Position numbers and translations under genes: made by a program
The notes under the pieces: model-generated
The model's database searches: none
Seen by the model: only the letters and a program-made list of their open reading frames with translations
What the model was told of the DNA's origin: nothing
Shown here: in pieces, positions 34,361 to 42,337 of the stretch
Position numbering within the stretch: the stretch's first letter is position 1
How the letters are laid out: every line of letters starts with the position of its first letter
Assembly (NCBI GenBank): GCA_934090735.1
Contig: CAKOJR010000002.1
Location: forward strand, 138,788-202,787
DNA length: 64,000 nucleotides
Source of the DNA: an uncultured Bacilli bacterium
GTDB lineage: Bacteria; Bacillota_I; Bacilli_A; RF39; UBA660
Reading direction: 5' to 3'

Positions 34361-35635
34361 TTATCTAAACTCCTTTAGTAGATTTTCCATTTCTTTTTGT
34401 TCTTCTTCACTTATTTCTTCTTTTGTTTGGTCTTTGCCAAACCATACTGGAAGTTTACTTACGTTTTTGACTTCTTTTTTAGGTTTCTTTTTATATTCTT
34501 TTTCAGCTTCTTTCATGGCTTCTCTTGCTGTTTTGATTCCAAGACGGGCCCACTGACCAGCAATTGTTTCGATAAATGCTTTGGTTATTTTATTATTGTT
34601 TATCTTTAGAACATAGTCGATAAGAACATTGATAACTGCTGGAGTCATATTTAGTTCAACTGCTAGGTATTCTAGAATTTTAAGATCTGATGCAGTTGGC
34701 GTACCTATTTTGTATTTACTTCTTAAAAAGTCATATGGTGTTGTGTTTTCAAAAATATAAATCATTTTACCTCTACTTGATGTGTCACCATCTGGTGTTT
34801 TTAAGTGTTCTGGCTGGGTTCTATAAATTAGTGTTGGTAGTGCTCCAGTGTTATTATATTCATAATATTTTCTTACTTCTTTTTGAAGAATATCTCTATT
34901 AAGCATACCACCTTCATCAAGGCATATGCGCATAATTTCGCTCATTTTTAAAGTATCTAAGTTATAAACAAAAGCTAGGGAGTTTATTAGTTCTTTATTT
35001 TTTTTATTTAGAGTTTTTTCGTTTAGTATGTTGTTAGGAATACTGGAAGCTAAAAGGTCAAAGTCAATTAAATTAGCAACTTCTGGTTTATTTATTTCTT
35101 TATCTTTGATGTCAATTCCCGATAACATAGATGATGGAACTGAGGAAAAAGTTGTATTTATTTTCTCAGTTATTTCTTCGAAGTCAGAGTAATTAAATGT
35201 TTTCTTTTTATAGTTTTTTATTAATTCTTCATATTCGTCTTTGCCTATATTGTTGTATAAAACAATGTTTAAGATTGGATGGTTAAAGAATTCTGATGCT
35301 GATAGTGGTGCATATAATTCGTAAATATAGTTGTTTAATTCATCTCCGTTTTTGTAGTAAGTTCTAATTAAGCCAGTTGCTTCTAGGGCTTTTCTCGCAT
35401 TTTTGATGTCTTCTAGTTTTGTTTTTAGAATAGTCATTAGATGATGATGGGTATGAGTTATGCTTGATGTTTCACTTTTATCTAGGTCACTCCATAAAGA
35501 TAAGTAAAGGCTTACTGGAAGGGCGCCAATTATGGGTTCGTACAGATTTATTAGATTTTTTTTATCATATTCAGTTAATAAAGTTTTGTTTATTACTGTG
35601 TAAAGATCTGCTGGTAGTAAGCTAATATATTTCAT
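34361..35635 (-). CDS. dnaB: replication initiation and membrane attachment protein DnaB (DnaD-like domains)
   Basis: 424 aa. C-terminal DnaD-type segment FIETIAGQWARLGIKTAREAMKEAE. Adjacent to dnaI. Confidence 0.7.
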   Translation of the reverse strand: MKYISLLPADLYTVINKTLLTEYDKKNLINLYEPIIGALPVSLYLSLWSDLDKSETSSITHTHHHLMTILKTKLEDIKNARKALEATGLIRTYYKNGDELNNYIYELYAPLSASEFFNHPILNIVLYNNIGKDEYEELIKNYKKKTFNYSDFEEITEKINTTFSSVPSSMLSGIDIKDKEINKPEVANLIDFDLLASSIPNNILNEKTLNKKNKELINSLAFVYNLDTLKMSEIMRICLDEGGMLNRDILQKEVRKYYEYNNTGALPTLIYRTQPEHLKTPDGDTSSRGKMIYIFENTTPYDFLRSKYKIGTPTASDLKILEYLAVELNMTPAVINVLIDYVLKINNNKITKAFIETIAGQWARLGIKTAREAMKEAEKEYKKKPKKEVKNVSKLPVWFGKDQTKEEISEEEQKEMENLLKEFR

Positions 35636-35658
35636 GGAATCACCCTCTTCTTTTTTAT

Positions 35659-35687
35659 ATTCTACATATTTTTTAATTCATTTACAA
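35659..35687 (-). promoter_or_regulatory. putative sigma-A promoter of dnaB-dnaI
   Basis: Minus strand TTGTAA-N17-TAGAAT, ~20 nt upstream of GGGTGA SD + ATG. Confidence 0.4.
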
Positions 35688-35690
35688 GTT

Positions 35691-35716
35691 AAAAAAAGAA
35701 AGTTTTTGGCTTTCTT
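35691..35716 (-). terminator. rho-independent terminator after the C1 peptidase gene
   Basis: Minus strand AAGAAAG-CCAAAAA-CTTTCTT followed by T5. Overlaps the stop at 35715. Confidence 0.55.
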
Positions 35717-37961
35717 AGATTTTTTTAAATACGTTATGTTTTTTGCTTATGATAAATAGTGTTGTTGATATAAATAAGCATGATAGAAGGACTGCGGTTA
35801 GGTTACTGATTCCGGTTTTAGGATTTTCAGCTTCAGTTGTGCTTTGATTTGGTTCATTTGCTGGTGGGTTTACTATGGTTTCTCCATTTCCTTCTTCTTT
35901 ATTAATATCAATTATTTTAATAGTTTTTGTTGCTTTAATATTGCCTCCATCTTTTGCTGATGCAGTTACGATAACCTCTCCTTCTTTTAGGCCAGTTAAG
36001 ATTCCGCTTTGGTTGATTGAAGCTAAACGAGTGTTACTAACACTCCAGTATACTTCTTTATTAGTGGCATTTGTTGGAGTTACTTCGGCAGTAAGATTTA
36101 AAGTTCCAGCAACACTAATTTCATCATTACCGGTTATTTTAATATTTGTTACAAGAATATTTTTATTAGCACTAACAGTAAATGAAGTTTTAACGCTAGC
36201 ATTACTTGATGATATTGTTACATCGAATGTGCCAGCTGTTGTTTTATCAGTTAGGGTTATTTTAAAATTATCAGTTCCTTTTGTTACATTAAATAAATCG
36301 GTAACGTCTTTACCATTATTAGTTATTTTTAGTGTTAAGTCATCCATTGTAATATTAGATAGGTTTAAGTAAATAGACACACTTCCACCGTCTTCTACAT
36401 TAAGATCTTCTGAAGTTTTTTCAGTACTTTTTATTGCCAAACCTTCAGATTGATTACTTGTAAAAATGTTTATAATAGGATAAAACTGAAGGTCACTATT
36501 TGAAGTGGTGTCTACCCAAGAAGTTGTATCTGCACTATAATAGCTTACTCCTGATGGTATGTTAGAAACATAATACCATTTGTCTTCATCAGCCTGAGAT
36601 GCCGCGAATATTTCTTGCGGAAAAAAATAACTTATTTTGCCATTAACTGTTTCTTTATATGCTGTTGTATATTTTAAATAAATGTAGAATTTTTGTTTTG
36701 TTATATTGATATCTTTATTTACATTGATTGTTGTGTAGCCAAATTTTGTTGCGGTTCCTTCGGCTATTTTTGTTGCTTTATTAAAGTCGTCATCTTCACT
36801 GTAGTATAGTTCATATTTATCTCCTACGAAACCAGTGAAAATATTTATTTTTGTAAGTTTTTCAGATTTACTATTTTCTCTAGTATAGATATTTTTAAAA
36901 TATACTGATGGTACATTTACTACAATATCACCACTAAAATTATGAATGTTATTTGTATAGTGATTATCATATGATGGTGTTTCAATTTTATAAGCACTCA
37001 TTAGGGTTGAACAGATATTGGTATCATAGTAACTTACATAGTGATATCCCGCTGGAACTTCAGTTGTGCCTCCAAAGAGATTTGGATAAGTATCTTTAGT
37101 TAACCATGCACCATTTCCTTTTGGTGTTTTTTTGAAGTTAGATGCGCTGTAGTCATCGTCCCAACCAACTACTGTTATAGCATGATTTATAGGATTAGTT
37201 CCGTCATAATAGTATGCTAGCTTATCATTTGATACATATGTTGGAGTTTCTGCGTAAATAACTGCACCCATTGCTCCATATTCGGTTAGATTTTTTTTGA
37301 TGGCTAAAATAGTATTAGCGTCACATGATTCACTTGCGATATAATCTATTTCATTTATATAATAGTCATTTGCTTGGTTTAGAGTATTAGATTTGCTACT
37401 TGTTGTTGTACTCCAAGGAAGTTTTGTTTCTATAACCGGACCACGGCCAGATGCAAGATAAGCACCTACTTGATAAAAGTTTCCACCTGTATCTTTAGTT
37501 TTACTATAGTAACCAAAAGGGTTTTTAGTGCCATCATCGAGCGTACTTATTGAATTAAAATCGATATGTCTTTCTGATAAGTTTATTTGTTTGTTTTGTT
37601 CGATGAGCATTGATGATTCAATTACGGAAGTTGTTGCAAAAGTCCAGCACATGTTAGAGTATCCTTGATCATTTACTGGGCTAACTTTATTATAATTTAG
37701 TAAGGAAAACTTTCTTTGAGTTTTGTAATCGACATTAAAGGAATTACCAGCTGTTTCATTTACTTTAATATTTGATGTATAAAATTCTTTACATTTTACT
37801 GGCATTATTGTATTTTGTCTTTCTTTTTCTGAAAGTGATTTCCATTTTTTATAACTTTCAGTTTCGGTACAAAGGTTATCTTCTTCTTTAACGTATGATA
37901 AGGCATTTACATTTAGAATTGTACAAAGAAGAGCTATTATTAATACTATTTTCTTTTTCAT
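35715..37961 (-). CDS. cell-wall-anchored papain-like (C1 family) cysteine peptidase with Big_2 domain and NPKTG sorting signal
   Basis: Signal peptide. QGYSNMCWTFATTSVIES (catalytic Cys), NHAITVVGWDD (His). Big_2-like ISVAGTLNLTAEVTPTNATNKEVYWSVSN. C-terminus NPKTG + hydrophobic + KKHNVFKKI. Confidence 0.75.
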   Translation of the reverse strand: MKKKIVLIIALLCTILNVNALSYVKEEDNLCTETESYKKWKSLSEKERQNTIMPVKCKEFYTSNIKVNETAGNSFNVDYKTQRKFSLLNYNKVSPVNDQGYSNMCWTFATTSVIESSMLIEQNKQINLSERHIDFNSISTLDDGTKNPFGYYSKTKDTGGNFYQVGAYLASGRGPVIETKLPWSTTTSSKSNTLNQANDYYINEIDYIASESCDANTILAIKKNLTEYGAMGAVIYAETPTYVSNDKLAYYYDGTNPINHAITVVGWDDDYSASNFKKTPKGNGAWLTKDTYPNLFGGTTEVPAGYHYVSYYDTNICSTLMSAYKIETPSYDNHYTNNIHNFSGDIVVNVPSVYFKNIYTRENSKSEKLTKINIFTGFVGDKYELYYSEDDDFNKATKIAEGTATKFGYTTINVNKDINITKQKFYIYLKYTTAYKETVNGKISYFFPQEIFAASQADEDKWYYVSNIPSGVSYYSADTTSWVDTTSNSDLQFYPIINIFTSNQSEGLAIKSTEKTSEDLNVEDGGSVSIYLNLSNITMDDLTLKITNNGKDVTDLFNVTKGTDNFKITLTDKTTAGTFDVTISSSNASVKTSFTVSANKNILVTNIKITGNDEISVAGTLNLTAEVTPTNATNKEVYWSVSNTRLASINQSGILTGLKEGEVIVTASAKDGGNIKATKTIKIIDINKEEGNGETIVNPPANEPNQSTTEAENPKTGISNLTAVLLSCLFISTTLFIISKKHNVFKKI

Positions 37962-38016
37962 TCTCTACTCCTATTATCTATTAAAATTATAAATTAATAA
38001 TGGTGGGTTGTCAATT

Positions 38017-38041
38017 AAAAAAAGTCTATGGTAGATAGACT
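38017..38041 (-). terminator. second rho-independent terminator ~95 nt downstream of the cotZ-like terminator
   Basis: Minus strand AGTCTAT-CTACC-ATAGACT followed by T7. Confidence 0.55.
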
Positions 38042-38138
38042 TAATTGGAATTATTTTGAATCAAATTTTCCAAAAGCTATATTGTAGTGGTAAGCTTAAA
38101 GTAGACAACTGAGATGGGGATATTTTGAGATTTATTTC

Positions 38139-38163
38139 AAAAAAAAATGCCGACATGGCATTT
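38139..38163 (-). terminator. rho-independent terminator after the cotZ/exsY-like gene
   Basis: Minus strand AATGCC-ATGTC-GGCATT followed by T9. Confidence 0.65.
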
Positions 38164-38610
38164 TTAGCTATTACATATGTTATCTACGAAGCAATCATTT
38201 AAGCATCTAATAGCACAGCAGCAGTTTAGATTCATTGTGAAGAAGCTATTTGTAGCTAGGTAAGGCTCAGTGGTGCTGTCTGCGTTTGCTACTAATACTC
38301 TAAATGTTGCACAGTTGTTATCTACCTTTTCTACTCTAAATACTGTACTACAGTTTTCTGCACCAGTAGCAGTACAATCAGTAGTGGCATCTTTTGTTGT
38401 TGGCATACTAAATGGTGTTCCATTACCTGCACATGTATAAAGCATTATTGGTCTAGTGTTACATACTATGCAATTTGGAGAGCCACCTAACATTGGTCTA
38501 TCACATGAATCTAGTCCACTTTCAGGACAAACATTTTGCTGAAGTATTTGAATTACTTTAAGTGTTTCAGCAATGCAGTTACCAGAGTTTGTTTCTGTAT
38601 TATTACACAT
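38164..38610 (-). CDS. CotZ/CotY/ExsY-family Cys-rich spore coat (crust/exosporium) protein
   Basis: 148 aa. NCIAETLKVIQILQ..C...C.RPMLG, NTRPIMLYT..G.PF, FRVEKVDNNCATFRVL and NLNCCCAIRCLND follow the order of conserved blocks I recall from Bacillus ExsY/CotY. Confidence 0.8.
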   Translation of the reverse strand: MCNNTETNSGNCIAETLKVIQILQQNVCPESGLDSCDRPMLGGSPNCIVCNTRPIMLYTCAGNGTPFSMPTTKDATTDCTATGAENCSTVFRVEKVDNNCATFRVLVANADSTTEPYLATNSFFTMNLNCCCAIRCLNDCFVDNICNS

Positions 38611-38638
38611 ATTAATTCACCCTTTCATTTTCTCAATA

Positions 38639-38666
38639 TATTTTATGTAAATGGTTATTATTTAGT
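38639..38666 (-). promoter_or_regulatory. putative sigma-K-type promoter of the cotZ-like gene
   Basis: Minus strand AC-N17-CATAAAATA fits the Bacillus SigK consensus AC-N16/17-CATAnnnTA, ~30 nt upstream of the ATG. Confidence 0.3.
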
Positions 38667-38716
38667 GATTTTATTTTTTACTTTAATATAGTATAATATC
38701 TTTAGGTGATGAATAT

Positions 38717-39028
38717 ATGTGGTGGCAATATTTAATTATATTTTTTGTACTATTAATTATTTCATTTGTAGTTGTTAAACTTAATAAAAAGAATTTTACT
38801 TATGAGATAAATAAGTTAGTACAATATTTAGGTGGTAAAGAAAATATTATTGATAGTGAAGTTACAATGTCGAGATTAAAGGTTACCTTAAAAGATGTTA
38901 CATTAGCTGATAAAGATGCTATTCAAAGATTAGGTGCTAAAGGAATTGTAGAGATTGATAATCAGCTTAAGATAATATTCGGACCAAATGCTAAAACATT
39001 AAAAAAGTACATTAGTGAAATGAAATAA
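38717..39028 (+). CDS. membrane-anchored PTS EIIB-like domain protein lacking the phospho-Cys
   Basis: 103 aa. N-terminal TM. LVQYLGGKENIIDSEVTMSRLKVTLKD follows the EIIB(Glc) pattern GG.eNI....C.TRLR..v.D, but Cys is replaced (TMSRLK). AGGTGA SD. Confidence 0.5.
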   Translation: MWWQYLIIFFVLLIISFVVVKLNKKNFTYEINKLVQYLGGKENIIDSEVTMSRLKVTLKDVTLADKDAIQRLGAKGIVEIDNQLKIIFGPNAKTLKKYISEMK

Positions 39029-39051
39029 TGTACTTTTTTTATTAGAATTAA

Positions 39052-39528
39052 TTATAGGCATGGATCTGTTGCTGTGGTTAAGTCTAGAGATGCAGTTGCT
39101 GTTTTGTATGTTGCATCTAAGGTTATATTTATTTCTATGCAATCCATGCATTTGTTTTTTTCTAACGGATTATTGATACCGCATGAGTTTCCTTCAGAGC
39201 CAGCTTCATCTTTATTTTCTCTTTTTAGGTCGCCTGAAGCGATAAGGTCTTTGATTTTTAATGTAAAAACATACTTACATTTACTGCCTTCGCATTTACA
39301 GTGTTCAGAGTCAGTTTCGCATGAACCATATATACTTTTATATTTATTTGAGTTATTTTGGACATGTATTACGGCTGCATTTTCAATACTTTCAACTTTG
39401 GCATTTAGGGCTTTTTCATTCATTCTGTCGCGCATTTTAAATATTCCTGGTACAGCGATTGCCATTACTAGAGATATTAAAACGAGTACTGCTAGAAGTT
39501 CTACTAAAGTAAATCCATTTTTTTTCAT
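39052..39528 (-). CDS. type IV pilin / pseudopilin (prepilin N-terminal cleavage-methylation motif)
   Basis: MKKNG|FTLVELLAVLVLISLVMAIAVPG. Several Cys in the C-terminal head. Confidence 0.85.
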   Translation of the reverse strand: MKKNGFTLVELLAVLVLISLVMAIAVPGIFKMRDRMNEKALNAKVESIENAAVIHVQNNSNKYKSIYGSCETDSEHCKCEGSKCKYVFTLKIKDLIASGDLKRENKDEAGSEGNSCGINNPLEKNKCMDCIEINITLDATYKTATASLDLTTATDPCL

Positions 39529-39536
39529 ATTTCCTC

Positions 39537-40292
39537 CTATATATTTAATAGAGCATTTATAAATGCTGTAGCTAAGTTTGAATTAAAGTATAATAGTAGC
39601 ATACTTGTTGCAAGGAATGGCCCAAATGGAAGCATGCCTTCATCTCCTTTTACGCTTATATACATGGCGTATGGAAAAGCTAGAAATGATGCAAGAACTA
39701 TATAGAATATTCCTAGTGCTGGGCCTAAAGATAAGCCAGCTACAAATGATAGTTTAATGTCTCCTCCACCAAGGGATTCTTTTTTAAAGAGGAAGTTTCC
39801 TAGAAGCATTAGAAGATAGACGATAATAAATATTAGTAGCCCTGATGAGATACTATATAAAGCTTCTTTTAAGCCGTTGTTTATTATTTTAATAATTGTA
39901 ATTAGAAGGCTTGATATTATAAGGGGACTATCATTTATTATCATGTATTTAGAATCACTTACAAAAATTATAGATACTAAGCTTGATAAGATAACTCCAA
40001 TAAGACATTCATATGTTAAGCCAAAGATTACATAATTTGCGGTAAATAGAATTGCGGTTAGGATTTCAATAGCTGGATAAATGAATGATATTTTCTGTTT
40101 ACAATTTTTGCATTTTCCTTTGAGGAATATATATGATAGAACTGGAATGTTTTCATACCATGATAATTTGTGATTACATTTTGGGCAGTGACTTCCTGGC
40201 TTGATAATAGATTCACCATTTGGAAGTCTAAGACCTACTACATTGTAGAATGAGCCAAATATTAGACCAGTGATAAAAAATAATATTTCCAT
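39537..40292 (-). CDS. pilD: prepilin peptidase (A24 family)
   Basis: 251 aa polytopic. CPKC...CKNC zinc-ribbon loop and GGGDIKL active-site Asp motif. Confidence 0.85.
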   Translation of the reverse strand: MEILFFITGLIFGSFYNVVGLRLPNGESIIKPGSHCPKCNHKLSWYENIPVLSYIFLKGKCKNCKQKISFIYPAIEILTAILFTANYVIFGLTYECLIGVILSSLVSIIFVSDSKYMIINDSPLIISSLLITIIKIINNGLKEALYSISSGLLIFIIVYLLMLLGNFLFKKESLGGGDIKLSFVAGLSLGPALGIFYIVLASFLAFPYAMYISVKGDEGMLPFGPFLATSMLLLYFNSNLATAFINALLNI

Positions 40293-40300
40293 TCTTGCAC

Positions 40301-41968
40301 CTACTTTATTTGACTATATAAACTGAACATTGGTAGGATTACTGCTAGAACAATGCCACCTACAATTACTGCTAAAAAGATAATCATTGCTGGTTCAATA
40401 AAGTTTTTCATGTTATTAATAATTGTTTTATGTTCTGTTTGATAGTAGTCAGCAACTTTACTCATCATTGCAGCTAATTCTCCAGTAGATTCTCCAGTTA
40501 CAATCATGTAGTATGCAACTTCCGGAACTGCCCATTGATCTTTAAATGAGGTACTTATCTTTTCTCCTCTTGCAATATTATTTATTGTTCTAAACATAAT
40601 TTCTTTATATACTTCATTAGTAGTTATTTCACTTAATAGGTTCATACTATCGGTGATAAAGACATTGTTTTTTAGTAGTGAAGCAAATGTTTTAGCAAAG
40701 ATATTCATTTCTTTGTAGATTATGATATTACCAAATAGTGGTAATTTCATTGCAAATATTTGAAAATTCTTTCTAAATGATTTTACTTTTTTGTATAGAG
40801 CTACGATAACTGCAATAATAAGAACTAGCCCACCCATAATAAAGGCAAAGTTCTTGTCAAAAAATTTACTTAAGTTTAATATCCATAATGTGTATCCATT
40901 TAGGGTTGCACCAGTTGATGCGTATACTCCTTCAAATTGTGGTATTACGTATAGTAAGATAAATACAACTACGGCAATTGAGAAAACAGAAATTATAGCT
41001 GGGTAACTCATAGCGTTAATCATAGCTTTTCTGGTGTTTTCTAATTCTGTGTAGTAGTCTGCTAAATCGTCTAAAGTTTCCTCTAATTCACCTGTTGCTT
41101 CAGCAGCTTTAACCATGCTTATTAGTAAGGCTGGAAATGAGTTTCTTTGTTTTTCTAGGGCACTAGAGAATGACTCACCTAAAGTTAAATTATAAATTAT
41201 TGAGTCAAATACTTTTTTCTTTCTAGGACTTTTGCTCATTTGCTTACCTAAGATACGCATAGAATCAGTTAAAGTTATACCGGCTTTTAGATATGTTGAT
41301 AACTGGGTTAGCCAGAATATTAAGTCTTTGTTTTTAAAGTGAAAATTATTAAATTCTGATGGACCGTAAAAAAGTTCTATATATTTACTGGTTTCGATTG
41401 ATAGAACAGTGTATCCTTCACCAGTTAAGTAAGTATATACTTCCATTTTTGAATAGGCATAGAATGTATTTGTTACTTTTTTGCCAGAGTTATCTAAAGC
41501 AACGTATTTATATGTAACTGGTTTTTCGCTTCTTTCAGTGTCTGTTTGTAGTATTTCAAAAAGGCTTCTATTTTGAGCAAGATCTTTTTCTTTTTGCTTT
41601 TTAACAAATGATAAGTTGTTGTAGAATTTATTCCATTTATCTTCTAAGGTTTCCGTGTATTCTAGCTTGTATTGGTCTTCTTTTTTTGTTTCCTTTTTTG
41701 AATCTTTTTTCTCTACTTGTTTTTCTTCATCTTTAAATGCAGATATACCACTATCTAGATTAACTTCTTCTTCAACCATTTCTTTGATATCAGAGTTTTT
41801 CTTTGATGATTTTTCGTAGTTTTTAAAGATGATATCTCCTATTTTATTAAATATAAAAATAAATGGGTAAAGTAAGGCATAACATGTATAATAAATACCT
41901 AAAGCTTCATATTTTAGGAGATTTATGGGAAATAACAAGATTTTAATTATTGGACTTTGTTTTTTCAT
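40301..41968 (-). CDS. pilC: type IV pilus / T2SS platform protein (GspF/PilC family) with ~150-aa N-terminal extension
   Basis: 555 aa. Canonical PilC start YKYVALDNSGKKVTNTFYAYS occurs only at ~residue 150. Two T2SSF repeats. The extension has a hydrophobic hairpin plus a K/E-rich linker. Confidence 0.8.
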   Translation of the reverse strand: MKKQSPIIKILLFPINLLKYEALGIYYTCYALLYPFIFIFNKIGDIIFKNYEKSSKKNSDIKEMVEEEVNLDSGISAFKDEEKQVEKKDSKKETKKEDQYKLEYTETLEDKWNKFYNNLSFVKKQKEKDLAQNRSLFEILQTDTERSEKPVTYKYVALDNSGKKVTNTFYAYSKMEVYTYLTGEGYTVLSIETSKYIELFYGPSEFNNFHFKNKDLIFWLTQLSTYLKAGITLTDSMRILGKQMSKSPRKKKVFDSIIYNLTLGESFSSALEKQRNSFPALLISMVKAAEATGELEETLDDLADYYTELENTRKAMINAMSYPAIISVFSIAVVVFILLYVIPQFEGVYASTGATLNGYTLWILNLSKFFDKNFAFIMGGLVLIIAVIVALYKKVKSFRKNFQIFAMKLPLFGNIIIYKEMNIFAKTFASLLKNNVFITDSMNLLSEITTNEVYKEIMFRTINNIARGEKISTSFKDQWAVPEVAYYMIVTGESTGELAAMMSKVADYYQTEHKTIINNMKNFIEPAMIIFLAVIVGGIVLAVILPMFSLYSQIK

Positions 41969-42064
41969 TTTACCTCCTAGTTTATTCTAAATGTATTATA
42001 GCATAGTTTTTTAAGTTGTTAAAGTAAAATGATTTTCTCGCATAAAATATGTTAGGTGATATAT

Positions 42065-42337
42065 GTGAATGGTGCAGGCTTTATAAGATTTCTTCCATGG
42101 ATTAGTAAGGGGCTTAATGTTGCAAGGAATGTTATTCCACTATATGAGGGAGCTAAACCAGTTATTAGTGGAGCTAAGAAGTTTTTAAATAGGTTTAATA
42201 GTCCGGGGGTTAGTGAAAATAATAATACTGGTAAAGAGAGGATAATTATTGATTATCCAAGAGATAAAAAGAGAGTTAATATAGTTAAAAGTGAACCAAT
42301 AAAAAAAACTTCGGGCGGGCCAAAGTTCTTTATTTAA
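42065..42337 (+). CDS. hypothetical small basic protein (doubtful)
   Basis: GTG start 5 nt after AGGTGA. No recognisable motif. 3' end overlaps the convergent phosphohexomutase gene by 8 nt. Confidence 0.25.
   Translation: MNGAGFIRFLPWISKGLNVARNVIPLYEGAKPVISGAKKFLNRFNSPGVSENNNTGKERIIIDYPRDKKRVNIVKSEPIKKTSGGPKFFI

Noticed and set aside
33454-35635. dnaB-dnaI as a replication module of the island
   Set aside because: The gene pair, its order, the Zn-cluster DnaI and the full-length DnaB match the chromosomal Bacillus-type dnaB-dnaI operon. It has its own promoter (35659-35687) and terminator (32495-32551). It was treated as core, although the two small downstream ORFs remain unassigned.
42056-42337. 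93-aa plus-strand ORF as a confident gene
   Set aside because: It has no motif, uses an alternative start and its 3' end overlaps the convergent phosphohexomutase gene. It is kept only as a low-confidence feature.
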